Positions 9,177 to 18,601 are shown, counted from the stretch's first letter. The stretch: DNA of 32,000 nucleotides from Candidatus Caldarchaeum subterraneum (GCA_000270325.1 BA000048.1:967024-999023); one strand, 5' to 3'. Program-made: numbers and translations. Notes: generated by a model from the sequence alone, not told the origin.

Positions 9177-10050
9177 TGTTCCAAACCTCCATCAACCTCT
9201 TCAAAGCACTCCAAGCATTATCTCCGCTTATCACCCATCTGCCGTCGGTTTTTGACGCGAGGTCGCTGAGCCTGACATCGTTATCTATGTCTTCGAGCTT
9301 TTCCAAGTCGGCACCATCGTTTCTGTAGTTGATTATTGTTAGTGTTGGGTTTTCGAGGGTTACGGTGCCGAAGCCGCGTGTCTTGAACCCTCCAACCTTC
9401 AGCTCACCATCTCTCATCATGAAGATGAGTTTGGAGAGAAGGCCGAGCGCATAGTTGGGCAGGTTTCTCGCCCTCAAAGTAAAGCCAAAACATGCATCTG
9501 GCTCAACATACTCAACTTGGTAAAACTGGCCTCTGAAGACAGCGCCCGTTCTACGATCGATGGCTATGCCTGTTCTCACCCCATACGAAGCCTCACTCTT
9601 GAGATAAGCATCTTGAAAGATTACTCTGCCAGCATAAGAGGGCGCTCCGAAAATTTTACAAAGAAGACATGTTTTCTCGAAGAAAAGCTTCATAGCCTCC
9701 GCGGATTTTTCAGTCCTCTGTAGGTACTGGATCTCGTTAAGAAGATATTCACCACGCTCTCCAAGCATCATACAGTTGTCCCGCGCTATTCCGCTACAGG
9801 GCTGTACGCGGGGGTTTTTCATCCTCACAAAAGGCTCGGCAGCGCTTCGGAAGAGTCCTTTGAGTGAAGAACCTGGGACGTAGGTTTCTTCTCTTCCATT
9901 TCTTCTTATTCGGACTACTGCGAGGTCCACAAGCGAGCCGAGAGGCGCTTCTTTACCGGCCCCGACTCTTATCGGCGTGATGTTCCTCATGTCTCCCTCA
10001 AAAACTACCTCTCGTAGGAGGATGCGACCGGAGGTCCAGTAAAAGCTCAT
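9160..10050 (-). CDS. Type III Cas7 (Csm3/Cmr4-like), 296 aa
   Basis: Motifs seen: NITPIRVGAGKEAPLGSLVDLAVVRIRRNGREETYVPGSSLKGLFRS, CLLCKIFGAPSYAGRVIFQDA, and GIAIDRRTGAVFRGQFYQVEYVEP. Confidence 0.86.
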   Translation of the reverse strand: MSFYWTSGRILLREVVFEGDMRNITPIRVGAGKEAPLGSLVDLAVVRIRRNGREETYVPGSSLKGLFRSAAEPFVRMKNPRVQPCSGIARDNCMMLGERGEYLLNEIQYLQRTEKSAEAMKLFFEKTCLLCKIFGAPSYAGRVIFQDAYLKSEASYGVRTGIAIDRRTGAVFRGQFYQVEYVEPDACFGFTLRARNLPNYALGLLSKLIFMMRDGELKVGGFKTRGFGTVTLENPTLTIINYRNDGADLEKLEDIDNDVRLSDLASKTDGRWVISGDNAWSALKRLMEVWNSVNLS

Positions 10051-10770
10051 CTAGATTTCTCCTCCACCGTCTTCCACCACTGAACCATTTCTGAGGACGT
10101 AGGCGGTGTAGCGTGCGTCTTTGAGCTTCATCAAACCCATGCCGATGCTTCTCCTCGCCCCGACCTGTAGGCCTAATGTCTTCAATGTTTTGAAGAGTTC
10201 CATGAGTAATTTTGAACGGTCATCGTTTTCGTCGGGAAAAGGTATGTTGATGATGTCCATTCTGAACTCCCACTCATAGCCCGGCTCGATAATCTCTTCT
10301 GTATATAGCAGGCCTGGTCTCGCTCCTCGGAACTCTCTATCGATAACAACTCCGGTTTTGAGACGTATAATGGGCTCGGTATTTGACGCAGGGAGTGCGT
10401 CATATATTCTAATATGTGATGCAAGCTCCGTGCTGCCGAAGATGCTACAAACAATACATGGACTGCAGTTCTTTGCTTCTTGTTTCATTATCTCAAATTC
10501 CCATGGGTCATGTATGTTGTGGTTACGCGATCTTGCAAGCATCTCGACGAAGGATCGGAACACGCCCTTGAGGCTTGAGCCGGGAATATATGGGGCCTCT
10601 CTACCATTGTGCCTAATCTTCAGAACAGCGATGTCAGCGGCCGCACCAAGCGGAGACTCTCTGCCAACACCGACTCTGATAGGGGTAAGGTTGACTAGGC
10701 TGCCTTTTACGATAGTTAGTCTAGTCAATATGTCAAAATCTCCAATTTTCTTCTTTTCATTTGTAGTCAT
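10051..10770 (-). CDS. Type III Cas7 (Csm3/Cmr4-like), 239 aa
   Basis: Motifs seen: NLTPIRVGVGRESPLGAAADIAVLKIRHNGREAPYIPGSSLKGVFRS, CIVCSIFGSTELASHIRIYDA, and VGARRSIGMGLMKL. The N-terminus is collinear with the neighbouring 296-aa paralog. Confidence 0.86.
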   Translation of the reverse strand: MTTNEKKKIGDFDILTRLTIVKGSLVNLTPIRVGVGRESPLGAAADIAVLKIRHNGREAPYIPGSSLKGVFRSFVEMLARSRNHNIHDPWEFEIMKQEAKNCSPCIVCSIFGSTELASHIRIYDALPASNTEPIIRLKTGVVIDREFRGARPGLLYTEEIIEPGYEWEFRMDIINIPFPDENDDRSKLLMELFKTLKTLGLQVGARRSIGMGLMKLKDARYTAYVLRNGSVVEDGGGEI

Positions 10771-11168
10771 TTGCTACTCTTCCCGCTAAGAAGGTCTAAA
10801 AACTCGTTGAAATCTTTGACCGGCATTCTTTCCCTAGGCAACGTTTCACCGGCTTCGTAAACCCATTTCGCCAAACCAAGTAGAACCCTCGCTTTGGCCT
10901 TATCCTGACCTCTCTTATAGAGTTCCATCATAGCCTCCGCAACCAGCCGCGAAGTCTCCCTACCAAGAACGTTCCGCGCCGTTTGTCGACGAGCAAACAT
11001 GGCCACAACTGGGAGACACAACCTCTGATGCGGATACGCCTCAAGAGATGAGATAAGCTGTTCCATCTGACTCTTTTCAACATTCTCCTTCCTAGCGGTC
11101 GTCCCAAGCCTAACAGCATAGTTAAGGATGCTCGCATCCAAATCTTGTTCCTGTTTCTGCTGGGACAT
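10767..11168 (-). CDS. Probable Cas11 small subunit (Csm2/Cmr5-like), about 133 aa
   Basis: It is a small, apparently all-helical, charged protein sitting first in the effector operon, with a 4-nt overlap onto the next cas7. I prefer the internal ATG at 11166-11168 (MSQQKQEQ...) because a TATA-like box lies about 27 nt upstream. The ORF track extends to 11246. The call rests on position and size only. Confidence 0.5.
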   Translation of the reverse strand: MSQQKQEQDLDASILNYAVRLGTTARKENVEKSQMEQLISSLEAYPHQRLCLPVVAMFARRQTARNVLGRETSRLVAEAMMELYKRGQDKAKARVLLGLAKWVYEAGETLPRERMPVKDFNEFLDLLSGKSSK

Positions 11169-11186
11169 ACAATAGTTTACGAACAG

Positions 11187-11202
11187 TAAAAATATAAATT
11201 TT
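11187..11202 (-). promoter_or_regulatory. TATA-like box for the cas11-to-csa1 effector operon (leaderless-type spacing)
   Basis: The minus strand reads AAAATTTATATTTTTA, centred about 27 nt upstream of the ATG at 11168. Confidence 0.4.
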
Positions 11203-11485
11203 CTGCTTTGGACGTCAATAAGTTTACTATTATCATTACTACTCAAGAGAAGGTTTGGTCAACATAGTTTACCGCTTCGTACCAAATTTATAGCTCGTCA
11301 GCATGCTGCGGGAAAAGTTTCACACCGAAATCGACAAGCTTGCAATAGTCACGGTAGCGTCGCGAGTTAAGAAAATGGATATGCCACAATCTTTGAGAAA
11401 TATCCCAGCAACACTGGATTGGATGTGACGTAGCCGTTCTAGAGTCACTTACCACAGTGGCATGACATTATTCTTAACCAGTTTT

Positions 11486-13033
11486 TTAACGTGTCCTGGA
11501 TGAGCTCCACACTCGGAAAGGGTCTTCACCAAGCATTCCAGGCCTAAGCGTGAGCAATACATCGTTTTCAACAACCCTTACATGTAGGACAGGCTCACAG
11601 GTTATGCCGATATGCGCCTGAAGATGTCTCCTCATGTCAACCCTGCTTAAACGGCTAAGGGGGGTGTCTGTGTTAAATAGGAGGCGCATATCGCTTGGTT
11701 TCGACATCGAGAAGTCACGCCTATTCACCTCCCTGGCTTTTGACAGAATCCCTTTTTTCTCGTAACGCAGAGAGTTTTCGACAGCTTTATACAATGGGTT
11801 TCGGCTGGAGAACGATGAAAGAAAATAAGCCAGGTCATCCATGCGTACCGTGGTCCTGTCATCCACCTGTGGCACTTCTTTAACGCATCGCCTCAGCAAT
11901 CCTAGTATACGCCACATGATAAGAGGGACTGCAAATCTCCAATCTACCTCCACATCGTATTTCACAGCGGCAAGGCCGCCCTGTATTGTTAATCTATGAC
12001 GCCGCTCCAGCATCTCCAGGGTAGAGACAAATTCAGCAGGCATGATTGAGGGGGATTGAATAGCTTTGAGAGCGTTGAAATACGCGACAGTGATCGCCCC
12101 TTCGGCCATATAGTATATGGCTAAAGCAGTGTGGCGTATGTTTTCAATGAAGCCACTTAGGCGGATAACTCTGGAAACTGCTTCCACCGATTCGCGGATG
12201 ATCCCTACATCTTCGCTTGTCAACATCATGCCAGCGAGTCCGGCGGTTAGTTTCCAGAGCTGTGGAAGGTCAGAGATGTTGAACATTTTCAACGACGGCA
12301 AGTTTTCTATCGTCCTCAGCTTTACTGTCCTCTCATTTGAGGCGAAACACCGCTGTGTCTGATAGACTGTGGCTGGGTACGGTGAGGCGTTGAAAACCTG
12401 AACGGATGCAGGCAATAGGTTTTTCAAAGCTTCCACGGCGTAGATAGACATGGACTGCATATAATTAACTCCATGCGTTAGATCAAGGATGATATTAGCC
12501 GTGTCGCTGAGCGTGGATACGTTTGCTATTATCTTTGTAAATATTGATGTAGGATGGCCGCTGAAGGTGACGGTAGACCATGGAGCCCCCGTCCGGTTGA
12601 CAGCATACTCCCCCGACGCCTGACATATCTCCACCGCCACAGTGACCACGCATCTGTCATCCAGAATCAAACTGCCGTCGTCCTGCGCTGCAGTCTTAAC
12701 ATTCATTCTCTTAGCCGCTTTCACCACCTCCTCCCTAAACAAGCTCTCAACCCTTTTTCGGAAACTCTCCCGCGTGAGAAGCTGTTGCCCTTGACTCCAC
12801 ACACCCATCAGAGAGGAGCATCCCAGAGAATCTAAAGCATAGAGCTGTAGATGAATCCTCTTACAGCTGCGTGCATAATGGAAGAGAAGGGCTATCGCTG
12901 AGCAGCATGTGAAGCAGCTATCCCCGTTAATCCAGTAGGAGGCGAGACGCCACGTGGAGGGATCACCGATAGGTGCGATGATGAGCTGGAGAGCCTCTTT
13001 ATCAATTACGACCATACCTGAAGAGCCAACCAC
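11486..13033 (-). CDS. csx1: Csx1-family CARF-HEPN protein (DxTHG type), 515 aa; probable cyclic-oligoadenylate-activated RNase
   Basis: The DxTHG motif is IILDLTHGVNYMQ. A C-terminal HEPN R-x4-H motif sits in the Csx1-like context MRRHLQAHIG (compare RNxxAHxG). The gene lies directly upstream of the type III operon. It has a GTG start. Confidence 0.8.
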   Translation of the reverse strand: MVGSSGMVVIDKEALQLIIAPIGDPSTWRLASYWINGDSCFTCCSAIALLFHYARSCKRIHLQLYALDSLGCSSLMGVWSQGQQLLTRESFRKRVESLFREEVVKAAKRMNVKTAAQDDGSLILDDRCVVTVAVEICQASGEYAVNRTGAPWSTVTFSGHPTSIFTKIIANVSTLSDTANIILDLTHGVNYMQSMSIYAVEALKNLLPASVQVFNASPYPATVYQTQRCFASNERTVKLRTIENLPSLKMFNISDLPQLWKLTAGLAGMMLTSEDVGIIRESVEAVSRVIRLSGFIENIRHTALAIYYMAEGAITVAYFNALKAIQSPSIMPAEFVSTLEMLERRHRLTIQGGLAAVKYDVEVDWRFAVPLIMWRILGLLRRCVKEVPQVDDRTTVRMDDLAYFLSSFSSRNPLYKAVENSLRYEKKGILSKAREVNRRDFSMSKPSDMRLLFNTDTPLSRLSRVDMRRHLQAHIGITCEPVLHVRVVENDVLLTLRPGMLGEDPFRVWSSSRTR

Positions 13034-13048
13034 TGCTCCGACATTAAT

Positions 13049-13059
13049 CTTTTTTAAAA
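13049..13059 (-). promoter_or_regulatory. Possible TATA box for csx1
   Basis: The minus strand reads TTTTAAAAAAG, about 20 nt upstream of the GTG at 13033. Confidence 0.3.
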
Positions 13060-13269
13060 TGCCGCATCATCGAATGCATAGAAAGCCAAAAGTGGCTGCA
13101 GGTGTAAAATCGTTAAGCAGGGTGTATGCTAAACAATATGTGTGTAGTGTATTGCTAGACGGTGAATATGTGGGACCTGCTGTATATGTTGCTCGATTCC
13201 GCGTCTGTGAAACCAGCCGCAGCCCCCATGGCCAGCCCCTCGCAAGTCAGAAACATTCTTCTACCTCAC

Positions 13270-13913
13270 CTGAAATAGGTTTGATAACACGCAACTTCCG
13301 CTTTCACCTTCGGCTATTTGTAGTCACCATCGGCTAAAAGCATGCATTTAATCTATTAAACGCCAGAGCCCGTCTAAGAGGATGAAAACAAAATTATTAT
13401 AAACTGTTTTCAGCACCTCAGAAGACCTTGTAGACCGTAGTTTTCACATGCTCGTCATCGTGAATACAGATCAACCCTATGTAGATGTTTAGACCGGTCG
13501 TTATTGTGTAGGGGTGTTTGGCGAAGAGGAGAAGGAGATAATGTTTGTCGGTCTAGGGGAAAAACATCCATCTTCCTGAGATTAGGGGTTACGAGAAGCG
13601 ATAAAGGTGCATTACCAGGTATGGAAGAAGCGGCATCGGTCTCGCAGGTTATTCGAGCAGCTCAAGGGGCTTTGGGCGTTTGCTCTAAGAGGCGTGAAGA
13701 TACATACTCGTTTAGACACATTATCGCGAAAGGCTCGGTGGGCTTATTCTTCCTACGCCTCAGCCGAACAACACCTTGGTCATCAACCGCCGGAGCCGTG
13801 AAAAGGTATCTATTCAGCTCTTTGGCAGCCGAGATACAGGCGATGTCAACAAGTTTAGCTGCTTCTCTTACAGCGAGTCCACCAAGCTGGTGGAAAAAAT
13901 CCACGACAGATTA
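13270..13913 (-). pseudogene. hypF: Degraded internal fragment of a second hypF copy (YrdC-like region onward)
   Basis: Nucleotide-level similarity to the intact hypF exists in the same orientation. One example is the 27-nt identity 13709-13735 = 27333-27359 (CGTTTAGACACATTATCGCGAAAGGCT). Translated segments also match: FFHQLGGLAVREAAKLVD...VVRLRRRKNKPTEPFAIMCLN against GFQVGGLEAVIEAAKLID...VVALLRRRKNRPTKPFAIMCLN, and HYLLLLFAKHPYTITTGLNIY against HYLLLSFTKQRYTIMTSGNIY. These are interrupted by stops and frameshifts. The left limit is uncertain because similarity fades below about 13400. Confidence 0.75.
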
Positions 13914-14058
13914 GGTGGGTTTAACATGTTTTAGGAATCATGATTGGATTTGTTCGATGTAAGGTTTTTCCCACTAAGAAGAACTGAAGCTCCAGATAGA
14001 AACCCTGCTTCGCCACTGGCTTCTTAACTTTTAGCATCCTTCCAAATATTGTGGAAAT

Positions 14059-15451
<1,393 letters not shown>

Positions 15452-15453
15452 TA

Positions 15454-15669
15454 CTAGCCACCCGCCACAGCTGTGACAATCTCAACTATGTCACCCGCTT
15501 TGAGACGCACTCGCCCCCACATACTTCTCGGCACAACCTCTCCGTTAACAGCCACCGCGATGCCCTGTCTTGCTGGGTCCACCCCAACAGAGACCAAAAC
15601 CTGGGAAATAGTCTTGCCCACGCACACCATATCCCTACCATTAATCTTCACAGTTCCCGCCTCAGACAT
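15454..15669 (-). CDS. thiS: Sulfur-carrier protein ThiS (about 71 aa, C-terminal GG)
   Basis: The protein reads MSEAGTVKINGRDM...VAVNGEVVPRSMW...LKAGDIVEIVTAVAGG-stop. It starts at the ATG at 15667-15669. The ORF track's longer N-terminus is unlikely. Confidence 0.8.
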   Translation of the reverse strand: MSEAGTVKINGRDMVCVGKTISQVLVSVGVDPARQGIAVAVNGEVVPRSMWGRVRLKAGDIVEIVTAVAGG

Positions 15670-16793
15670 TTTGGTCACCGAACCTCTCGATGGTGAAATC
15701 CCTCGCATATTCTGGCACATGATCGTTTAGGAGACATTCTGTCAAAAACTCAGCTGTCAAAGGAGCTAGTAGTATCCCGTTTCTAAAATGGCCGGTGGCC
15801 ATGTATAGGCCTTCTACAGGTGTTGGCCCCAGTATAGGTGCATCATCCTTGCTACCCGGCCTGAGACCGGCCCAAACCTCGACCACTGGCAGTTCCGAGA
15901 TAAACGGTGCAATCTCCCTACATCCTCGTAAAATGTTGAATATCCCGCCGGCTGTAACACTTGTGTCAAACCCCATCTCTTCAACCGTTGTTCCGAGAAG
16001 GATTCTCCCACGTCTTGGAACCATGTAGATAGGTCCCCAGTTTCGGGGAGGTCCCCAGATAGGGTGCCTAATCGTAGCCTCTCCACCGGATGTCTCCACC
16101 GCTATCATCTGGCCGCGGATTGGTCTAACCTGTGGCCTCGCTCCGGCTGGCAGCCCATCGATGCTCCCCGACCATGCTCCCGCAGCTATGACCACCTTTT
16201 CAAAGGGCTGGAAACCCGATGAAGAGTAAACACCCTTGACCCTGCCATCTTCCACAATTATCTTTTTTTATTTCTGTATGCTCTTTCAATGTTCCGCCCG
16301 AGTCTTGATACGCTTTCTTCAAAGCAGTAACCAGCTGCCTACAGTCGACGTGTCCATCTTTTTTGCTGTAGAGACCTGCAAGCACATCCGCCGTAAGCCA
16401 CGGCTCCATTTCACGGACCGAGTCAGAATCCAAAAGCTCCACATCAAGTCCGAGGCTTCTCTGATACCTGTAATGTGACCGTAGATATTCCAAGTCATCC
16501 CTGTTGAGAGCCACCATCAATATGCCGTCTGAGTGGTAATCCAACGAGATATCCGAGGTCTTTTGAAGCTCGTGTGCAAACTTGTCCCATCTATCTCTAG
16601 CCTCAAGCAGAAGCTTGGTGAGCCGCTCCTCCCCGGGCTCCGCCTCCATAATAGGGGCCAGCATGCCCGCCGAGGCCCAGGAAGCACCTCTCCCAGCATC
16701 ACCTCTCTCAAAGACCACAGGCTTCTCGCCCAGTCTAGCAAGATACCAGCCTATCGAGAGGCCTATAACGCCGCCGCCCACTACAGCTATCAT
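15662..16793 (-). pseudogene. thiO: FAD-dependent glycine oxidase ThiO split by a 1-nt frameshift in an A7 (sense) run
   Basis: The N-terminal half (16200-16793) has the FAD motif IAVVGGGVIGLSIGWYLA. The C-terminal half (15662-16255) reads VVIAAGAWSG...GHFRNGILLAP. The two frames join at the T7 run at 16263-16269. Removing one T gives ...EHTEIKKIIVEDGRVKGVY.... Confidence 0.82.
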
Positions 16794-16816
16794 CCACTAC
16801 ATTAGAGGCTTATGGG

Positions 16817-16826
16817 ATTATTATAG
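16817..16826 (-). promoter_or_regulatory. Possible TATA box for the thiO-thiS-thiG-thiE operon
   Basis: The minus strand reads TATAATAATC, centred about 28 nt upstream of the thiO ATG at 16791-16793. Confidence 0.3.
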
Positions 16827-16982
16827 GTTCGGATAAGCGGCTTATTAGAACGCCTTTTTAGGCTGCGGGGAGCTGCACAAACATTACGTAGAAATGTGTT
16901 TTAACGAATAGTGTGGCTGATTCTTGCTTAAATAGTTGCATATCTACATCAACTTACCAAAGGCGATCGGGGTGAATGCATT

Positions 16983-17882
16983 ATGCAACCATTGATCGAG
17001 ATAGTCGAATACACAGACCCATACTGTACTTGGTGCTGGGGCAGTGAGCCGGTTTTGAGGAAGATTAAGGAGGTTTATGGTGAGCAGGTTGAGATATCTT
17101 ATAAGATGGGTGGGCTTGTTAGAGATATTCGCGATTTCTACGACCCGGTTAACGAGATTGGCGGTGAAAGCTGGTATGAGCAGGTCGCAGTTCACTGGGA
17201 GGATGCTTCACGGAGGCATGGCATGCCCGTTGATAGTAGGGTCTTCTACGAGATAAAGGACAGCTTCACATCAACCTATCCAGCAAACATAGCTGTGAAG
17301 GCTGCAGAGTTTCAGGATAGAGAACTGGCTAAACGGTATCTTAGGCGGCTTAGGGAAGGCGCGGCGGCTGAGAGGAAGCATATACACAGGCTAGAAGTGC
17401 AGGCGGAGCTTGCGGAGGAGGTTGGGCTAGAAGCCGGCAAGCTGGTGGACGACATACGGAGCGGGAGGGCGGAAGAGGCTTTCCTAAAAGACCTGAGCGA
17501 GTGCAGAGCCATGGGGATAACCGGTTTCCCTACATTCCTCGTGAAGAACCTGAAGACTGGGAGAACACATCTTGTCTACGGATATAGACGATACTCTTAC
17601 TTCGAAGGGTTGCTGGATGAGATCTCGGATGACTCGCTGCTGAAGAGGAGGATAGAGAGGAGCGAGGAGGAGGTTTTGGGGTTTGTTAGGCGATGGGGGA
17701 AGGTGGCGACGCAGGAGGTTGCGACGCTGCTCGATATATCGAAGAATCAGGCATTCGAGATGTTGAAGTCGATGAGCGATAAAAACATGGTATACGCGAA
17801 GCGGACGGGGAATGACTATTTCTGGCTACCTAGGATGATTATGGAATGTGATCCCGAGACCGGGGTGTGCAGAACCCTCTAA
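16983..17882 (+). CDS. Cytoplasmic DsbA-like thioredoxin-fold protein with a C-terminal winged-helix-like tail (YjbH/SpxH-like architecture), 299 aa
   Basis: The motif DPYCTWCWGSEPVL (CxxC) sits at the extreme N-terminus and there is no signal peptide. Further motifs are PANIAVKAAEFQ and GITGFPTFLV. The C-terminal roughly 60 aa (VLGFVRRWGKVATQEVATLLDISKNQAFEMLKSMSDKNMVYAKR) looks like a wHTH. A GGTGA Shine-Dalgarno-like element lies 8-9 nt upstream of the ATG. Confidence 0.68.
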   Translation: MQPLIEIVEYTDPYCTWCWGSEPVLRKIKEVYGEQVEISYKMGGLVRDIRDFYDPVNEIGGESWYEQVAVHWEDASRRHGMPVDSRVFYEIKDSFTSTYPANIAVKAAEFQDRELAKRYLRRLREGAAAERKHIHRLEVQAELAEEVGLEAGKLVDDIRSGRAEEAFLKDLSECRAMGITGFPTFLVKNLKTGRTHLVYGYRRYSYFEGLLDEISDDSLLKRRIERSEEEVLGFVRRWGKVATQEVATLLDISKNQAFEMLKSMSDKNMVYAKRTGNDYFWLPRMIMECDPETGVCRTL

Positions 17883-17902
17883 ACAAAGGGGCGTGTAGTT
17901 GT

Positions 17903-18601
17903 ATGAAGGTGTCTGTTGAGTTTTTCCATGATGTTTTGTGTGCTTGGTGCTATTGTTTATCGCCGCGTATGAGGCGGATGGTTTCTAAATATCCGGAGCT
18001 TGAGGTGGTTCATCGATGCTTTGCCTTAGCCCCCAGGCCCGAAAGCATAGAGGAGATTTTCGGAAACAAGGCTAAGGGGAAACATGAGATATTGAATCAC
18101 TGGAGAGCAGCCAACCTAAACGACGATGAGCACAGGATAAACGCGGACCTCATGGCGGCAAGAGACTTCGACTATCCATATTCGATGCCGGGGCTGCGGG
18201 CGTGTAAGGCCGCCGAGCTACAGCGGGGACAGAGTGGCCACTGGGATATGTTCGACAGAGTTCAGAAGGCTCATCTAACGGAGTGCCGAAACATAGCCGA
18301 TGAAAACGTTCTCATAGACTGTGCAAAGGATATCGGCTTAGATGCTGACAGGTTTGTCAGCGACTTCATGAGCCAGACAGTCCTAGACCTTGTGTGGAAG
18401 GATTTGAGGGAGGCCGCAAAGCTAGGAGTCCACGCTGTCCCAACTCTGGTTATCAACAGAAGATATGCGGTGGTCGGCGCCGTTCAGGAGGATGTTTTGG
18501 ACCTCTTGTTTGAGCAAGTTGTGGAGACGGGCGAGGTTTTGACACGTGTTCCAGGCGTTGTTTCTATCGTCGGAGACGGTGACGGATGGCGCATTACATA
18601 A
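17903..18601 (+). CDS. DsbA/FrnE-like thioredoxin-fold oxidoreductase, about 232 aa
   Basis: The N-terminus MKVSVEFFHDVLCAWCY carries a CxxC motif. GVHAVPTLVI matches the cis-Pro loop region. There is no signal peptide. I prefer the ATG at 17903 to the ORF-track start at 17867. Confidence 0.68.
   Translation: MKVSVEFFHDVLCAWCYCLSPRMRRMVSKYPELEVVHRCFALAPRPESIEEIFGNKAKGKHEILNHWRAANLNDDEHRINADLMAARDFDYPYSMPGLRACKAAELQRGQSGHWDMFDRVQKAHLTECRNIADENVLIDCAKDIGLDADRFVSDFMSQTVLDLVWKDLREAAKLGVHAVPTLVINRRYAVVGAVQEDVLDLLFEQVVETGEVLTRVPGVVSIVGDGDGWRIT

Noticed and set aside
13504-13914. A 136-aa plus-strand ORF, with an overlapping 64-aa ORF, in the csx1-thiE gap
   Set aside because: They lie antisense to the hypF-derived pseudogene fragment. 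They have no motif and no promoter-like context, and the region is better explained as decayed hypF. The 127-aa ORF at 12954-13337 is likewise unsupported.
16255-16275. Programmed -1 ribosomal frameshift on the A AAA AAG-like heptamer in thiO
   Set aside because: The downstream frame is +1 (or -2) relative to the upstream frame, not -1. A classical -1 slip on this heptamer would not restore ThiO. An indel, real or a sequencing error, is the simpler explanation.
16794-16982. TPP riboswitch upstream of the thi operon
   Set aside because: I read the minus strand upstream of thiO and found neither the conserved CUGAGA element nor the ACCUGAU...pyrophosphate-sensing helix. The start codon also sits only about 28 nt from a TATA-like box, leaving no room for an aptamer.
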